A stretch of 64,000 nucleotides of DNA, taken from the NCBI GenBank assembly GCA_905178155.1, contig CAJINV010000001.1, positions 14,443,379 to 14,507,378 on the forward strand. Direction: 5' to 3'. Positions 61,401 through 64,000 of this stretch are shown in pieces. How positions within the stretch are numbered: position 1 is the first letter of the stretch; each line of letters opens with the position of its first letter. Position numbers and translations under genes: made by a program. The notes below the pieces were generated by a model. The model saw nothing but the letters and a program-made list of their open reading frames with translations. It was not told where the DNA came from and made no database searches. Origin of the DNA: Amoebophrya sp. A120. Its lineage: Eukaryota > Protista > Dinoflagellata.

Positions 61401-62681
61401 TTGCAAAAAATGGCTGATGGATGCCAGCGCTGAAGGTATTTTTGCATTTGATTTCATCGCTCTACAGGTGCTAAAAACAGCTGTGAAATAAAAGCGATCC
61501 ATATTAACGTCGTGTGTGACATTATGCACCACGGTATGATGACGTAGGAACTAGAGCGATTCTATCTTACGACCTCGGGCACCATCAGCAAGAACATCAG
61601 ATTGACTATAACGCGCTGCCACTGCTATATCTACTTGATGCTGATATAAATGAATGTGCGTGTCGTGCACCTGTCTTTTCCTCCTAAGTCACATCGTGCC
61701 TGTTTTCTCCTCGGAAACATCAACCTCCACCAAAATTTGCCTGCTGCCACTGCTGCATACATGGAGAACTTCACCCTTTCACAGCGGCGCAACACGCGCA
61801 GGTATCCACGAGGAATCATCACCACCGACACCACAACTTTACCAGGATTTATTTTTCTAGTTTCTTTTTCACTGAATTGCATGCATTTGTTGTACGACAT
61901 GAGAGGACGCCGACGTCGATGGTGATTCCATCTAGGATAACAGGGCGCCGCGCACGATCTGGTCATCGACAGCTGGCGTTGATGCCCGTAAGTGGCACTC
62001 GAATGATGCAGGAAAATCGCGGTCGCCCTTTTCATCGATTTGTGATGTGGTTCCTGACGCATTTCTAACCTTCGAGTTGGTTCGTTGCATAGGCGAGCTT
62101 GAAGTTGCCGTGTCGAGAACACGTATTACTTGCGTGAAGTAATTGTGTATTGGCTCGTATGGCGCGTCGTCGGGATACACCGAGCGAAGGGGAGTTGTGA
62201 TTTCCTGAAGCTGCCGGCGAAGGTCTTTACGCGTTTGTGTTATTTTCTTTTGGAGACTTTGATTTTCTTTCTGCGATTGGTCGTTCTTCCAGAGCCAATC
62301 TTCCATAGCCCAGTCGAGAGAGCACAGGGATCGCTGAAGCCAACCGGCAATGATATGGATGCGTAAAAAGGGTGAAGCGCGAAGCTTTCTGCGCAACATA
62401 TATTTTCCAGCTCACATTGTGCATGGCAAAATGCAGCAATGTTGACGAATGTGATTTTTTAATTCGCAAAGCTTAACTTTTCAAAGTGCGTCGACACCCA
62501 GTCGATCCTTTCGCAATCCTGTAGGTCAGGAAATACAATCTTGCGTGACATCTCCACAGTGTTAAATACGGAATTCTCTTGCGTGTAGTCATCACAAATG
62601 CAAAAAAAAAAATCTATAATCAAACGTATACGTAAAAAATTCTTCATCAAACAAACTTCACCCGTGCAGTCGATACGTTCA

Positions 62682-64000
62682 TCATCCATACCGTACCACT
62701 TTGTCCACGACCTCTTGACTTTGCTCATGTTTGATGGCATTTGCTTCGTGCGTTGCTCGTTGGCGAAACTCGCCGATCGTTTCGTCCGTGTTGAAAAGCG
62801 AGAAGACGAGTGAGCTGAGAAAGGGATGCATTTTCGTAAAATCCGTTACCACATCGCCATCGCGCTCGTACTTACCAAACAAGCACACCGAAGCGCCGAA
62901 GCGCTGCTCCTCATGATGGTCCTTCTCAACGTTTATTTTCATTGGTGATAATTGCAGCAGCTGGTGTTGGTCATCTTTGGTCCTTTCATTTGCCTTTGGT
63001 TGTGGTTCCATTTGCAGCTTCAGCTCCATCTGCTCCTGGTGTTCTTCGTCGACGCCTACGTCAAAAATTTCTTTGAGCATGACAAACAAGGGCTCATTGC
63101 CCTCCTCGTCATTTTCCGGCAACTCGACGGGAGAGTCGTCTTTGCCATGCACGACCACTCGGCCCTCCCACCAAACACGGTCCTTCCGCAGCATGATAAC
63201 GGCGTCCGCCGCGAGGGTCGCGAGCTGCGTCAGCGGTTCCGCCCGGTCCAACAGGTGAATGCGATGCACTTGCGAACGGGCTGTGTTCTCCGGGTCGAAC
63301 AGCAGCCATGCGCGCTGCGAGTTGTCCCGGGCTTGGCTGTACCCGGGAGCGCCGATCATGTCACGGCCGGGCACGAGGCCGCTGTCTTGGATCCATTTTT
63401 TCGTCACGACCCCGAATTTGATGCGAAATTTGCGAAACAACTCCACCCGCGGCAGTGCCTGATGCCGGTCCGCACTGCGCCAAAAGTGCCGCACACCCTT
63501 CTCACTGCTATCTGCGAGGAAACCCCGCTTGTATTGGCCGGACGACATATGAAAAGACACAACTCGTGGTCCTATCTCGAATTACTCCCGAAACGCTGCG
63601 TCAGTGCTTGGATTTAAGTAGCTACATCCGAACTCCTGCATGTAATCAATGCTGTTCCTAAGCAACAAGAAAACAAGATACAGATAGGCAACAGCATAAC
63701 GTCTTTCCCTTTGAAATAGAATTGATGTAGAGAGCGGGTAGTTCGAGCACGGTGGGCGAGGACGTGTCGAGTTGCATACAACACTTCAAACACGGTATCC
63801 GCACCATCATATCCACCAACGTCTATCAGCGTCGCGACCTTTTGTTTGCTCTGAGACAGGCTTTTTGGTGCCGCAGGTGAGGACGGACGAGATGTCAGGT
63901 CGTCCAGCTCATGCTCAGGATGCTGGCCGCGCTCGTTGTTCTTGCTGGTATTTATTTCAACATCTGCTCCATCCCCGGCGGCACTCTGCAGGATATCGAC
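62682..64000 (-). CDS. Hypothetical protein, partial; starts beyond the window edge, downstream exons unresolved
   Basis: The open frame from 64000 (VDILQSAAGDG...DTVFEVL) joins ORF 62682-63560 (SGQYKRGFL...) after removing the element at 63548-63778 plus 5 nt. Confidence 0.6.
63548..63778. mobile_element. Introner (231 bp)
   Basis: TATG...CATA ends with a weak TIR (TATGAAAAGACAC / TATGCAACTCGACAC). TSD CGACA/CAACA. Removing 236 nt restores the frame. Confidence 0.72.

Noticed and set aside
1971-63617. Long plus-strand ORFs (e.g. 1971-2858, 25383-26504, 43928-44980)
   Set aside because: They are antisense shadows of GC-rich minus-strand coding sequence with no recognisable motifs.
1-64000. 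Dinoflagellate spliced-leader relics, tRNA or rRNA genes
   Set aside because: I saw no convincing match to CCGTAGCCATTTTGGCTCAAG or to structured RNA genes by eye. This was not an exhaustive search.

Overview
Eukaryotic genomic DNA. Every credible gene lies on the minus strand. The unidirectional genes and non-canonical inverted-repeat introns resemble the parasitic dinoflagellate Amoebophrya (Syndiniales); this taxonomic call is inferred. By locating intron boundaries manually and checking reading-frame arithmetic, the fragmented ORF track resolves into about 6 genes: an intronless phospholipase B-like gene; a 15-exon WW/IQ-motif gene (~1,524 aa); a tail-anchored HD-domain phosphohydrolase; an intronless Old Yellow Enzyme; a giant 12-exon gene (~23,594-58,569, ~10,376 aa); and a partial gene running off the right edge. 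The giant gene encodes an RNF213/mysterin-like AAA+ ATPase with an RZ-type E3 finger, no visible RING, a signal-peptide-like N-terminus and a ~3,200-aa C-terminal extension. About 17 introns are transposon-like introners with TAT...ATA terminal inverted repeats (TIRs) and 5-bp target-site duplications (TSDs), most without GT-AG ends. Removing the element plus one flanking direct-repeat copy restores the frame in each case. Several introner families share an internal TTTGTCATGC motif. A 4.5-kb element of the same architecture sits inside a canonical intron and carries a palindromic 39-bp satellite.
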